From positions 13,640,001 through 13,704,000 of the forward strand of contig NC_043013.1 in the NCBI RefSeq assembly GCF_006345805.1: a stretch of DNA of 64,000 nt. The letters are read 5' to 3'. Position numbers and translations under genes: made by a program. Of the stretch, positions 40,116 to 54,016 are shown in pieces. Below the pieces are notes generated by a model. That model saw only the letters and a program-made list of their open reading frames with translations, ran no database searches and was not told where the DNA came from. The stretch's first letter is position 1, and the number at the start of each line of letters is the position of its first letter. This stretch comes from Octopus sinensis. Its lineage: Eukaryota.

Positions 40116-41914
40116 GCAACACTCTCTCACTTTCCACTGGTTCCCTCCTTCTAAACTCCCTTCTAATTATCTCATACTTCATTCTCTCCCCCTCGAACCT
40201 TGAACAACCATTATGCACTATCTTCTTCCATCCATCGCGGTCTTGTGCCTCCCTCTCTCAATCACCAGCTGTAATTCCTGTCTGTATTAGAGCATTCTTA
40301 AGGCAATCCTTAAATCTTAGTTTAGGCTCATGTGCTGGTCTCCTGCCGTCTTCCAGCTCACTACACAATAGCTGCTTGGGTAGTCGCTCATCACTCATCC
40401 TTACCAAATATCTTCCGACTCCAACCTCAAAGTTTTTTACAAAATCTTTGATTCTGTACTTCTACTGCCACTCCTCTCAAGCAGCGCCACATTACTCATG
40501 GCCATTTTTCCAGTTTATCCCCAAACCTTTTCTCAGACAGTATTCATGGTATCATTCCAATGACTTACATGCCTACATTAAACAACCCATGCCTCACCTC
40601 ACTCCCCTATAACAAAGATGGGAGGTCGCACGTGTTATATACCTTAACTTTAATTTATATTATGTTTTTTCTACAGACGACTATCTAGTCTACCAAAAGC
40701 ACTACTAGCCCTGCTGATTCTGTATGAAATGCTATCATGAAGACCAGCAGCGCTCAAGGTACTTCCTAAATAAATAAGTCTAGGTGCAGCCTCCAACTTT
40801 TGACTATTCACAGTTATAAAATGTTCCACATACATTTTGTGGGAGTGGGCTGGTACTTCATAACAGTTTTTTTTTTAGATTGATCGTTAGACCAAATGCT
40901 GCACATGCTGCAGAAATCGCATTCACAATATGCTGCATATCTTTCTGGGAATGTTCCAACAGGTCACAATCATCTTTCCTTTTGGCACAGAGTCTTTTGA
41001 GATTGAACAGCTTTCCTCTTGTCCTATATCTTATATAGATGATAAACTTGCCTTCTATCTATCACTTAACAGTGATTATACGCAGCGTTACTCATGATGA
41101 CAAAGTTGTCATTTTAGGTGATTTTAATGTACGCGTTGGTGCAGATTTGTAGACCTGAGGTGTCTTAGGAAAGCATAGCGTTGGGAGTTCCAACAATAAT
41201 GGTTTATTACTGTTATATATGTGCGTAGAGATGGATTTGTGTATCATGAATACAATGTTTCAACGAAAGAGTAAGTGTAAAACAACATGGATGCACCCTG
41301 GTTCTAAGAAATGGTACCTTGTAGATTACATCCTCTCCAGGAAACGAGGTACTAGGGGCTTTGCTATACTACGATTGATGTGTGGTGCAGAGTGCTTGAT
41401 TGATCATAAGCTTTTGTGTGCCAAGGTGAATTTTGCTCTCAAGCCTAAGGTTAGAGCAAATAATGACATGTTACCTAATCGGATTGATGTCAATAAACTT
41501 AAGACTCCATCAGTACGCAATGAGTTTGTGATGGGAGTTGTGATGGAATTTGTCCTGTGGTGGAAGCTGGAAGTCATTCAAAGAAAGAGTGTACAAGATT
41601 TGTAGTAACATTCTTGGGTTTGTTGCAAAAAAGACACCGAGATTGGTTTGACTATAATGATGAAGAAGTTAGTTTTGTCTTAGAGGAGAAGCAAAAGGCA
41701 TTTAACATGTTGCAAAATATTGACCTGTCAGCAATCAGGACAGTGGCTACACACTTCAAGGCAGTAAAAGCAACAGTGCAGACGAAGCTGAGGATGATGC
41801 AGGAAAATTGATGGAGTGATAGATGCAATGAAATCCAAGAAGTTTCAAATATTAACAATTCCAAACTTTTTTACTCTCTCTCTCTCACTCTCTCTCTCCT
41901 TTCTCTCTCTCTCC

Positions 41915-41989
<75 letters not shown>

Positions 41990-43260
41990 GGTTGCGCCGC
42001 TTCGGAGCGAGGATGGTACAGAATTATTAACAAATCCTAAAGATGTTGTTGGGAGATGGAAAGAACATTTTGACGATTTGCTCAATAGACCTACTAAAGT
42101 TGACCTCTCTTTTCTTGATAATATATCTGGGAGACCAATAAAACATCTTATAGCAGAAGTTCCAAACCTGGTTGAAATAAAAGCAGCTATCAGGAAATTG
42201 AACAATAGAAATGCACATGGCATGGATGGACTAGGTACAGAGATATATAAATATGGTGGTGATCATCACTGTACAATGTTGACGGATGTGATTCAGAGGG
42301 TTTGGCATAGTGAAGAGGTTCCTCCGGATTGGCGTGAAGCAACTATGGAAACGATGTCTGTGATAATTATCGCGGTATCTGTTAGTTGTTGCTGGAAAGG
42401 CCCTTTGTAGAGTAATGCTGGACAGATTGTTTCTGCACATTGCTGATGAGGTTCTACCAGAATCGCAATCTGAGTTTAGGGATAGAAGGAGTACTATGGA
42501 TATGATATTTTTAGCAAGAGAAGTACATCGAACAGGATATGGACTTATACCAGATTTTCAATGATCTAACAAAAGCGTTTGATTCTATCAATGGAATTGC
42601 ACTTTGGGAGATCCTGAAAAAGCTAGGATGCCCTGAAAAATTTGTAAGAATGCTTAGACAATTTCATGACAAGACAGAAGTGAGAGCTGATGTTGGAGGT
42701 ACCTTATCAGATCCAATTTCTCTATAAAATGGTGTAAAACAAGGTGATATTTCTGCTCCTGCATTGTTTGCTATGTATTTTGCAATAGTCTTTCAAATAG
42801 CTTTTGAAGATTGCACTGAAGGGATCTATATAAGATATAGTTTAAGCATATGCAGTAATGAGTGTTGCATAGCGACCTTTTCTTAATGGAGGTGTTGAAG
42901 ATATCAAACGATCAGAATTATCACATGGTAGTTCCTCAAGGTTTGAAACCAAAGTGATTTTGATAGTAAATCCCACTCTTGATTCTGTCTTATAGGTCTC
43001 CTCTCTACTGCTCCGAAATAAATGATACACAGCAGATTTCTCTACCAAATCCCACTTTCCATGAATTTTTGTTTCGGCTAACTCTACGACATTCATGTCG
43101 CTGTAACTCTTTTTCAACAAGCGCGGATCTCTTCTCCGGACGAGATTTCAGACAATCATTGTCTAACGTTCGAACATTCCAACATCCTATATTCTTAACC
43201 TGAATTTACTCACAGTTGCAAGATGACGACCAGATCCAGGTTGTCGTGCCCTGGGACACC
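39700..43260 (-). mobile_element. Near full-length degenerate RTE-clade LINE with internal inversion (41041-42840) and C-terminal C2H2 fingers
   Basis: Endonuclease N-terminus on minus (42842..43200, ELAETK..RVGFTIK..TLITAYA). GDFN..TTWMHP..DLTKAFDS..GVKQGD on plus (41041-42840). RT C-terminus and three CxxC..H fingers on minus (39719..41040). Confidence 0.85.
41875..41986. repeat. (CT)n microsatellite within the RTE, with (GA)n also at 43365-43450
   Basis: Direct reading. Confidence 0.95.
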
Positions 43261-43383
43261 TTGATGGAAATGACAAATTCTTGAGGTAAGAAAGTGTGTG
43301 GGGAGAGACAGTAGAGGACATCAGTCATTCTACCAATTAGAGCAGAGTAAATTGGTTGGCGGAGGGAGAGAGAGGGAGATAGT

Positions 43384-43453
<70 letters not shown>

Positions 43454-44285
43454 CTGTGTGAGATGGTTCCAACGAGGCCAACGAGGCAGCTGAATTATAC
43501 TGAATCCTGTAATTGAGATCAGGTGGAGAACACATGACAGCGTTATTCATGTTTGAGCATGCATTTATAACATCGACAACACCAACAATAACAAAACTTC
43601 GCCAACAACGGCAAACAACAACAACAACAGCAGCAATAATGATAGCACTAGTCGTAACAAGTATGTCGGGAGAGAGATTTATTTTATGCATCGGTGATCA
43701 AAAACTCAAGACTGATACACGTATTGTGCACAACAAATATATATCGGATAATCTAGATGAAAAGAGAGAGAGAGGAAGAGATGGAGAATAGATTTTTTTA
43801 TGTAAGACAGAGAGAGAGAGAAGAGTGAGTTAGTGGTTGATTGGATATATAACGTCAAGGGTATAAGAACAGATGGCATTAAACATCATAGCGCTAAAGG
43901 TTCAATGATAAATATATATGAACCACAACACTAAATTCTTAATCTATGAGATCCAACGCCGATAATGAAAGGTGGCGGGGAGGCATGGACGTCGAAAAAT
44001 TCAGTCGAGCCAACTCCAGTACGTGGTTGATACTTATTTTGTCGACCCCAGAATGATGGAAAGTGAAGATGCTACAAAATATGGATAGATTATCCTGTTC
44101 AAGCTATATTATTAGCATTATCCTGCGTTTGAGAATGAAATTATTTCTTTATCTATATATTTTAATACATTTCAACGCTTCAAAAACAAATCTTGTTTGT
44201 TGACTTTCAACGTAAGTTGAATTTATCGTATGATAGCATCTTATAAAGCTAGATTTATATATCCAAAAATTGCAGAAGGATTTGT

Positions 44286-44370
44286 CGCCAGGCAGTTAGA
44301 TTTAATGGTAAAGCACTTGCTGCATTATCACAGGGATGTGGTGAGTTCGAGTCTCATGGCTGGTCGCCAA
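44286..44370 (+). repeat. tRNA-like (Pol III A/B box) sequence in a ~295-bp repeat, with copies at 61806-61890(-), 62107-62188(-) and 62415-62481(+)
   Basis: ag(a/c)ttaatggtaaagc...gagttcgagtctc. No clean cloverleaf or anticodon arm, so not called a tRNA gene. Confidence 0.6.
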
Positions 44371-44473
44371 CAGATTTTTCTACAAAATATGGATAGGTTA
44401 TCCTGCTAATGCCATATTATTAGCATTATCCTACATTTGAGAATAAAATTATTTCCTTATCTCTATTTTTCAA

Positions 44474-45196
44474 TATTCTTAAGATTAAAAACTTGAAAAA
44501 TTACAGGACAATTTATTACACTTGGAAAAGTTCAAGACAACTTATCATATATGGTAAAGTGCATAAAAAAAATTTACTTAGAATATTGCAGCTAAGGATA
44601 AAATGCGAATACTAAAAATTATTTGATTTTGATTTACAAAGTAACATTATAACTAAAAAACAAAGGTACTATCATTTTGTTAAAATATTGATACACTTGA
44701 ATACTGAGAAACAGAAGTCCTAATATAACTAAAGCTTTATACAAAGTAGAATAGTATACATGGTAGGCAAATTTATTGTGTAAAAAATAGGCATTGGGTT
44801 AAAACTAAAACTGGGAAGACTTGACAATAACTCAGGCAATAATTCAAGCAAATTTTACTGTGAATTTGTTGTTATAGGTAGCTTTTACTGCAATAGATAG
44901 CTAATTTTGTATTGTTCTATTTCTTGTACTAATTATGTTCTACTATTATGTTTTATAACCTATTTTCAACTTTCTAATTATTAATTGATAATTAACAAAA
45001 TGAACATGTTTTAAAGTGCAAGAAATATTTTGAGCTATTTTAAATTTTCAATATAAGTAACACGCACACTCAAGTAGAAGTAATAACTTGTAATAAAAAT
45101 TTTAGTTTTAATAAAAGCTAATATTTTTTAAATCCAAATATTTTCAAGTCCTGTAACTTGTCCTGTAATTTTCCAGGTTTATAATCTTAAGAATAT
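44474..45196. mobile_element. AT-rich MITE with ~40-bp TIRs (mirror copy ~60980-61704, diverged left end at ~46176)
   Basis: tattcttaagattaaaaacttgaaaaattacaggacaa ... ttgtcctgtaattttccaggtttataatcttaagaata. No ORF. Confidence 0.75.
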
Positions 45197-45253
45197 TATT
45201 TCTCTTGCTCGCATTTTTCAATGTAAATATGCATACATTTATGTTTGTATGTG

Positions 45254-45291
<38 letters not shown>

Positions 45292-46494
45292 TATATATAT
45301 ATGTATGTATGTATGCGCATACATGTATTTAGGTGTGTATGTGTATGTATGTCCGTCTATATGTATGCATGCGAGTATATATGTATTTATATGTGTATGT
45401 ATTCGTATGTATGTATCCATGTATGTATGTATGTATGTATGCATAATAATTCCATTCATATTTAGGGTTCTTTAAAGGAATACTAAACTGACTTTGAGGA
45501 AGAATGAAAGGCGAATCTAATTTGAGTGCGATATGAACTTAGGATGGTAAGCTTCGTGACTAAATACCGGATGTGATTTTGTCTAACATTTTATTGATTC
45601 TTCAAATTCTGGACTTAAATCGAACATTTTCCCCTCGAAATCATTAAACTGAAACACGATCGTTACAAGAGAAGGAAAATCCCTGCCAATTTGCATGTTA
45701 ACAAGACATTAGCCAATCGATTTATTTTTATATTCGTTTGACGTCTAATGATTTCTAGCGTTGACTGAAAGACACGCATTTGTATGGACAGGTGTCAGAA
45801 AGTAAAAATGTTTCAAACACTGTAGTCACAGACAAGTTGTCAGATGGTTCAGTGACGAAAACCAATGAATAAGGTTTAGCAGATAACAAATGAATACAAA
45901 CATGTTCATACAGGCTACACTAAGAAATCAAAACTGTGAATACAGAATATGGTTTGAAATAATAAAACGTGTCCTTGAAAAGCAACAAAAGCAATAACTG
46001 AATCGATATAATGTTGATTTTTAACACCTGCCCTATCTGTATAACTCTGTTGGTAACTTTGGGACCAAATCGGAATAATCCATTAGATGTACAAATTAAA
46101 ACAAGATTTGAATTATTCAAAAGGTAAAAGCAGGTATAAAGAAATTACAATGAAAAATGCGGACACAAGAAAGTTAATATTCTTAAGTCATTAAACCTGA
46201 AAAAGTACAGAACAAGTTTTTTCTTATATCTGGTAAAAGCGTGGGACAAGCATATTTGTATTTAAAATATTGCAGCTAAAGTTAAAATTTTAAAATATTT
46301 AGATTTTAAAAGACTGAAAGTAATAGCTTTTATTAGCTACTCTATAATTAAAAAATTAGATCAAATAATAACTGTTAGCAAAAACTAAAACAATTTTTAA
46401 TAGCCCTATTAAAAATGATTTTTTTCAATTACAAGTATTTAAGAACTACTAAAAGTTTTTAAATAGTATTCAGTTAAAATTTCTATTTTGCTCA

Positions 46495-49400
46495 TCTTTT
46501 TGATAAAAAGCGTCACACTGTAATTCATTGATAAAAATATCATAAGTGTGGTCTTTTGGAAATTTCAAAAAAGGTAAATTCAATTGATATGTCTACGGTA
46601 GGGTTGTCGCAGTGTCTCGGAATAAAGCGAAGGAGAATGCAAGAAACCCGTCCAATGGCACTGCCAGAAGAAACAGAGGCACGGAAAAATGTGTACCAGT
46701 TGAGAACAAAGAAAAGCCGTGCAATGGAAACACCACAAGAAACAGAAGCACAGAGGAATACTGATCGGCTGAGAAAACAGGACTCCAGAAAAAAGCACGA
46801 CGCCGCCACAAATTCAGCAGCGACAAGCAAACAACCAAATACGATAGCAATCGAGACTTTGTCCGCAAAGAACTGACAATGAGAGAATGGCTATGGAAGA
46901 TGATGTGGCAGATTTTCATGAGAAAGAACGAAACCCAAGCCTTATGTTGCACTAATGTGGAAACGTTTTTAACAAAACATGCCCTAACTGCAAAGCTTAC
47001 CTTTGGGGTGCTAATAAAATTACCCTCTGCTGTGACAAAGAAAAAATAAGCAATGACGGAGTTTCACAGATAAAAACAAAACCCCATAATTAATCGCTAA
47101 GTACCATGATGTTAATCTATGCGGTCAGATGATTTTGAATAAGATTTATGACTACAATAATTTCCTGGATATGGCTTCACTTGGACTGTATAATCCACCA
47201 GTTGGAGCACAGAGTGGTAGCACTTTTATGCCTACTTTCAAGTTGTACCACCGCATCGGAAGTCTCCTGCCAGCGGTAAATAAGAAGCCAGGTCTACGCA
47301 CAGCTATATTTCGTTGGCACAGAAAATAAGATGAGAAACAGGTTGTCATTCAGAGGAGCTGACGATGACATTAATGAGAACATCCTGCTAGACTTGCAGA
47401 CAGCACTGCATATGCACAATCCACATGTCAATAGTTTTAAACAAACTATTGATATAATTCAGGAATACTTTGCACCAGGAAAATGTTCTACCGGTGATAT
47501 TATTATATGTCATAACAAACGGTTTATCCCAACTGGGTCACATGAGAGAACCTATAATGCAACGATTGCATCAGAAGTTGAGGTGGTCATAGTGGGAGGT
47601 GATACCAATAATCCAAACATTAAACCTGCGGATGTTGTTGTGCAGAACAGAGAGAGAGCAATGGGAAGTTAGACTACATAAGTCAAACCCCCAGAAGCTA
47701 TGACCCTCTTCATTATGTATTCAGTTTCCCTATGGGGAAGATGGCTGGAACATGCTCTTGAAAGACAATGACCAAAGCAAAAACATCACTGAATGGGATT
47801 TTTATTCTTATCGGCTTCAGGTAAGAAAGGGCAAGTTCAATGACATAATGAAAAGTAGATGGTTGATGCAACAATATGCAGTAAATCAATATGCAAATAT
47901 AGAGCAAGATCGATTACACTTCCTGAAACCGTATCAGAAAGGGCCTAAGGCTGAAAAGGGCCAGGGCCTTCTGGATGCTCTTGCAAATGCTGACATGAAT
48001 GACGTAGGGTCTAAAGATCATTCTTCCGCCATCACACACTGGTTCTCCTCGAATTTACAGGGAGTGTTTCGAAGCTGGAATGACTCTGGTGAGAGAGTTT
48101 GGAAAGCCAGACTACTCCATCACTATGGCAACCAACCCAAAGTGGACTAAGATAAAGGAAGCCCTGTTTGAAGATGAACGATCACAGGATCGAACTGACA
48201 TTACAGACAGGGTGTTTGAAATGAAGTACGACTCTCTGAAGTATGATTTGTTAAAGAAGAATGTCTTGGGAAAAGTAGTAGCACATGCCTCTACAATTGA
48301 ATGGCAGAAGACAAGTCTTCCCCATGTCCATATATTGCTCTTTATGGCTGCTACAGATAAGCCAAGAACGCCAGAAATCATATATCGAGTGCTTGTATGT
48401 GGGGAGATAACAGATAAGCATATGAACCCAGGACTATTGGAAACTGTTGTAGAAATCAACATTCACGGATCATGTGGATGCCATAATCCAAATCGTCCAT
48501 GTATGGATGGTGATCCACCAAAAGGAACAAAATCATTTCCCAAACAATGCAGAAGTACCACATTTATGAGTGATGAAGACTATCCACGTTACAGACGTCA
48601 GTCACCGACCGCTGGAAGTAGGAAACATATTATTAGAACTAGCCAGACATCTACTGAAGTAAATAATAGCTTCATAGTGTCATAAAAAGACATTCCTATC
48701 TCTCCGATACAACTGTCATTTAAATGTTGAGGTTGTGCACACCGTACTGGCGGTGAAATATCTTTTCGAGTTACCTCACGAAAGGACCCGATAGGGTCAG
48801 TGTTCAAATTCAATCAAATAGTACTGATGAAACAATAGGAAAGCCTCAATTCAAGCCTTAACGTGGTTGACAATGAAATTGTCACTTACCAAAATGCAAG
48901 ATACATCTCGTCTGGTGAGACAATTTGGAAGACATTCAAATCTTTAATTCATTCCAGACAACCCACTGTCATATATCTTTCATGCCATTTGAAAAATCAG
49001 CAATCTCTTACTTTTGATGATGAGCTGCCTGAAAACTTTGAGCTTGCAGCAAAAGCAATTTCGACTGAGTTTTTTTCACATTAAATAAGAATGACTCAGA
49101 CACCAGAGACAAGCCATATGCTGAAATTACAAAGTATTACCTTTGGAATGAAAAAGAGAAGTGGCAAAAGAGGAAAATGGGATCAATCATGGAAGATGGA
49201 AAGTATGAAACCAGTACTATTGGTCTCATTGCCATTGTCGCTTACCAATGTTCGGCAGAAGGAATCGTATTACATGAGGATGCTGCTGCATCAAGTCAAA
49301 GATCCCCAATCATACGCTGACTTACGGACTGATAATGGTGATGTATGTTTCAACTAGCAAGATGCGTGCACAAAGCTGGGACTTTTACATGACGATGACG

Positions 49401-51195
49401 AAATCATTGGAACATTAGATGAAGCCAAACATTACTGTTTCAGTGACCAGCTGACACACGTATTTTGTACTGTTCTCCTTACCTGTCGGCCACGTGACGC
49501 CAAAGGTTTATGGGAGAGATACAAGGATGCATTGTGCGATGACAAAAAAGGCAAAAGCACGTGGGAAACCAACAGAATTCTTTTACAATAATGTCCTGCT
49601 TTCCATCAAAGTAAGATTGGCCAGAGAAGAAATAACAATGTCAAATCTTGGTCTTCTAGAGCCAGATTTTATAAGTGAACCAGTTCTGCTCAATATTGCT
49701 AAAGCTGCTCTCTGTGACCGTATTTTCGAGAGGTATCCAACACTAAATGCTGAACAGAAGTATGTTTTTTGACCAAGTTGTTGGATCAGTTATAAACAAG
49801 GAGGGGGAAATATTTTGCATGAACGCGGGTGGTGGCTCTGGGAAGACTTACACAATCAATCTGATTCTCGCTGAAGTTCGGTCATAAGGTCATATTGCTG
49901 TTGCCACTGCAGTCTCTGGATTTGCTGCCACCCTGCTGGAAAATGGGCGAACTTTGCACTCCAGATGCAGTATTCCATTGCGAATTACAGAAGAATGTAT
50001 GTGCCATATGAAAATAAGTGATTCCAGAGGTAATTGATGAGGTTACAATGGGCCAGAGGCACGTCTATGATTGTGTTGATCGCAGTCCTAGAGAAGTTTG
50101 ACAACAACCAGATAAGCTGTTTGGCGGTCTGACTATTTTGTTTTCTGGAGAATGGAAGCAGATCTTGCGCTTGGTGCAAAGAGGTTACAGAGTCCAGATT
50201 GTTCATGCCACATTAAAACAGTCATACATTTCCATGTCCAAAGCTTTCAGTTGTCTGTCAATATGAGAGTCCGAAATTCTTGCGGTGTTGACACTACTTT
50301 CGCACCCTATCTTGACCAGCTGGGGAATAGAACATTTTCTCTCAATAAAGAAATTGGTGAATACAAAGTATCTATAGTCCCACTGCATTTGATTGACTCT
50401 ACAAGGCTACAGGATCTTTGTGAAGTGGTCTTCAGGGCTATTGAGGATAAATATAGAGAGGGTCTATGGATAAGCAGCAGAGCCATCATTATTCCTACAA
50501 ACAAGGCTGCTGAAAAAGTAATAAAGTTGTCATGTCAAAACTTCTACAAGGATATAGTAGAACTTATCAAAGCTGTGATACTTTATACGAAAACGAGACT
50601 GAGTTCCCGCCGGAACTGATCAATGATCTCAACTCATCAGGATTTCCACCATACATTTTGGTTTTGAAGAAGTACTCTTCAATTATGCTGCTCAGAAACC
50701 TTGATCCAGCAGGAGGTCACTGTAACGGAACAAGATATATGGTCGTGAATTTGCACAACCACCTTATTGAAGCAGATGTGGCCGATGGGACACATGCTGG
50801 AATCCGAATAATGATACCACGAATTCCACTGACCACCACTGAAGACTATCCGTTCTCATTTTCCAGGAAGCAGTTTCCTCTGAAACTGGGTTTTGAAAGG
50901 ACAAATCCCAAGGTCAGACTTAAGAAACAGTTGGAATTTACCCGCCAACACCTATGTTCATCCATGACCAGTGCTATGTTGCCAATAGCACGATCGGTTC
51001 TGGGAACAATGTGCATATATTGGCTTTGGACTCAAAGTATAAGGGTATGAATGGAATATACACTGACAAAGTTGTCTTTTAGGAAATTCTATAAGAAAAT
51101 TATAGTAGGATTCACATTTTACTTCCAAACTACAAACAGGAGTGTAGATATGTAAGTAACTGAATCGACCGACTGGAGGGCGGTGGTTCGGCTAG
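46495..51195 (+). mobile_element. Second Helitron family, near full-length, decayed
   Basis: 3' hairpin gaatcgaccg..cggtggttc then gCTAG|T at 51192-51195. The 5' end is tentative (A|TC at 46495). Confidence 0.82.
46556..51082 (+). pseudogene. Helitron RepHel (N-terminal repeats, Zn-finger remnant, HUH Rep, PIF1-like helicase), multiply frameshifted
   Basis: CPNCKA..CC, YHRIGSLLP, HERTYNA, LMQQYAVN, FGKPDYSITMATNP, EWQKTSLPHVHIL, AGGGSGKT (~49824), IMLLRNLDP..GHCNGTR, RKQFPLKLGF. Confidence 0.92.
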
Positions 51196-51320
51196 TTTCT
51201 ATAATTTTGAAATTTTATCACTTTTCATTCTGAACTCGACAAAGACAAGCTATCTGTCGAAATATCGTTCAACCAATAAAATATCGACTGCAGTCGCATC
51301 GCGCTCTTCCTCTTGACTAG

Positions 51321-51405
51321 GAAGAAGAAGAAGAAGAAGAAGAAGAAGAAGAAGAAGAAGAAGAAGAAGAAGAAGAAGAAGAAGAAGAAGAAGAAGAAGA
51401 AGAAG
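51321..51405. repeat. (GAA)n microsatellite
   Basis: Direct reading. Confidence 0.97.
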
Positions 51406-51879
51406 ATGTGCGAAAGACACGTGCGAAATCAACGTCGAAAACTTTACAAATTATAAAATATAAGTGGAAGAAAACAGTAAATTCATAAATTGATTTAATT
51501 ATGCATACACTCGAACGTCTATACATTCATATATTAATACCCATAGGACTACACATACACCCAATGTTTACACAACTACGTGAAATTTACAGGACACACA
51601 TACAAGTATATGACAGCACGTGTCGCAAACGAAACAAAACTATAACAATACAATTTTCTTCGAACTAACACAGAGTGAATAATTTATAAGTTTTAAATAA
51701 CTGCAACGAAACTATGCCCGGAGATAAATCTGTCAACAACAACGAATACATACAGACGAATACAGATCTGTTTGCCTTTAAAAGCGATGTTACGAGCAAT
51801 GCTTTCATTCAGAGAACATCTTGTCTCAAAATGTTAACGCAAAACAAACAGATCCTACCTTAATATTAACGTCCAAACG

Positions 51880-52580
51880 CATCATGCCTCAAAGATAACA
51901 AAGCAATATACACACAGGATCGTTCGTCACCAGAGCTAACATGGGCCGCGCACGCCAGTGAGGGACCAGACTGGGTGTGAAAAATCAGATACTGGTTCAA
52001 ATCTTTCCATGACGCAGGAGCTCGAAATGCCCCACAACCGGAATATTCCATCAAATGGCCATCCAAGCTCGTCATCAAATAACCAAAAGAAAAAGAATGA
52101 AAAATGGTCATTGGGAGATAAATCTAATACTGGACAAACCTACCTAAACTGAAGAGAGGAGCATCTTGAAGTAAGATCTTATATAGTAACAACCTTGCCA
52201 ACGTCAGAAGAAATGAAGATGCAGGTAAAGAAGATACTACTGTGGAAATAATTACAGACTAACCCAGGTCTGATGAAAATGCGGTAATGATAATAAGAGT
52301 CAATGTAACTTATAAGCAAAGTGAAATACTCTCTGAACCAAGCATAAACACCAAGGCAGATGAAAATCAAATAGATGAAGAAAGTAAAACAGAAATTGAC
52401 CCAACTGAACTGGAGGATCTAAGCAATCTAATCCTGATAGAATGGCTGAAAATTAAAGAAACTGGTATGAATGAGCGTGACACTCTCCCGCAAATTCACA
52501 ACTCTAACCAAAACCTGAAAGTAATTGGTAAAATCCGTCTTGCACTTAAAGATATATTCTCAGCTGAAGATGTTGACATT
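51880..52580 (+). mobile_element. Possible degenerate 5' part of an RLE-type (Dong-like) LINE ORF
   Basis: A-rich coding-like strand (KKNEKWS.., WLKIKETGMNERDTLPQI) that is cut at ~52580 by RTE sequence. Confidence 0.3.
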
Positions 52581-53730
52581 ACACGGGCATTGAAGTCCCC
52601 GAGTATCAGCAGCTTGCTATTCTTTAGGAACTGACCGTAGCACTTTGGTGAGGTTCTGATAGAACAATTCTCTCTGCTCCAGAGTGTAGGTCGCAGTTGG
52701 GGCTTAAGCACTGATGAGTGTCAGGTGCATCTTGCCTTGGAGAGGAGTTCTCATCACCATCAGGCGATCGCTGATTCCTCTTGAGAGGGATTCCATGTTC
52801 TTGACGAGGGCGGTGCGAATGGAAAAGCCAACTCCTACTTCCCTGCGTTCATCCGCTGCCTTCCTTAACCAAAAGAAAGTGTATCTAGCCCCAGCCTCGG
52901 TGATCTCCCCGTGACGGCGAGGCGTGTTTCGCTGAGGGCAGCAATATCAATGCTGTATCTCTGCAGTTCACAACCCACAAGTGCTGTTCGACGTTCTGGT
53001 CTGTCACAGTTTTGGTTGTCCATGTGTGTCCTGATGCTCCAGGCTCCAACACATAAAGTACTTTTCGGGCGGGAAGATTCTGGATTCATCTTTCGTATTT
53101 CTTTCATGTTTCGACCGAGTGGTATATGACCAGTTAGCGGCGGTATGCTGGCAGGATGAGATGAGGCAAGCTTTCTTTAGGTCACCTTTTCTAGACTCTT
53201 CCCCCTAAGGGGGCGAGCAGTGATATCCCTGAAGAGGGCTCCTCCGTCGTCAGAGTGGCTGCCGAACTATGCCCTTGCCCCAGTAGGTTGCAGAACGACA
53301 ACCCGAGTGTAGGTACATGGCTAGCAGCTCCCAGCGCTATCCTGCACCTGCCACCACCACCACGCGCCCATCGCCTCAGGACTTGAAAGAAGAAGAAGTA
53401 GAGGGGGTGGAGTCACTGAATCCTGGGCAAGGGAACTGTGGAGGCCTTGGGTTGCGCAAGCCCACCCCACCCCCCTCTCGGTCCAGCTGATCTAGCCAGG
53501 CGGGACGCAGGATGATACATCCTAGCCACGACTGGACTGCAGGCGCTGCTGGAGATGATAGACTTCATTACCTAACTGCCTTATGGGCTCCACTCTGGCT
53601 TTGGATACGGTTTACTCCCTAGCCTTTGATTAACCAAAAAAACCTACCCGCAAGGCAGCAGGAGACTCTTGGAGAGCGGGAACGTCACACTACCCGTACA
53701 GGACCAGAAGGATCTGCCCACTGCCTAAAC
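52580..53730 (-). mobile_element. RTE-clade LINE 5' part: 5' UTR and APE endonuclease N-terminal half
   Basis: GAWSIRT..RPERRTALVGCELQRYSIDIAALSETRL..YTFFW..GVGFSI..SDRLMVMR..KLLILGDFNARV. Confidence 0.87.
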
Positions 53731-54016
53731 GATATATACAATTTAAACAAAAAAGAACTCAGTATATACAATACATACACACAGGGAGTCCAAAATTCAA
53801 CACACAAACACCCCACAAACACATATAGTTGAATGGCCGTTGACTACGTCGTAGTACCTCCACTCTCTTACAGGTCTTACTGTTTTGTCCCGTAGGGTGT
53901 TCAACAAGCACCGACCTTACCAAGCAAGCCTGGTGGAGTTGGCAGTTTAGTCGCCGACGACCCGACCATGGAACGTGTGGTACTGGGCTACATGGTGCCT
54001 GTAGCACTCGAGAGCC

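Larger units (their letters stand above)
44072..46363 (+). repeat. Left arm of a ~2.3-kb inverted duplication
   Basis: Reverse complement of 59755-62096. ORFs 45920..46120(-) and 59997..60197(+) translate almost identically. Confidence 0.92.

Noticed and set aside
44286-44370. Functional tRNA gene
   Set aside because: Acceptor and anticodon stems do not pair cleanly, and the four copies vary in the anticodon region.
53400-53730. HDV-like ribozyme in RTE 5' UTRs (also 1700-2010)
   Set aside because: Expected for RTE elements, but I could not assemble the nested double pseudoknot by eye. It needs a descriptor search.
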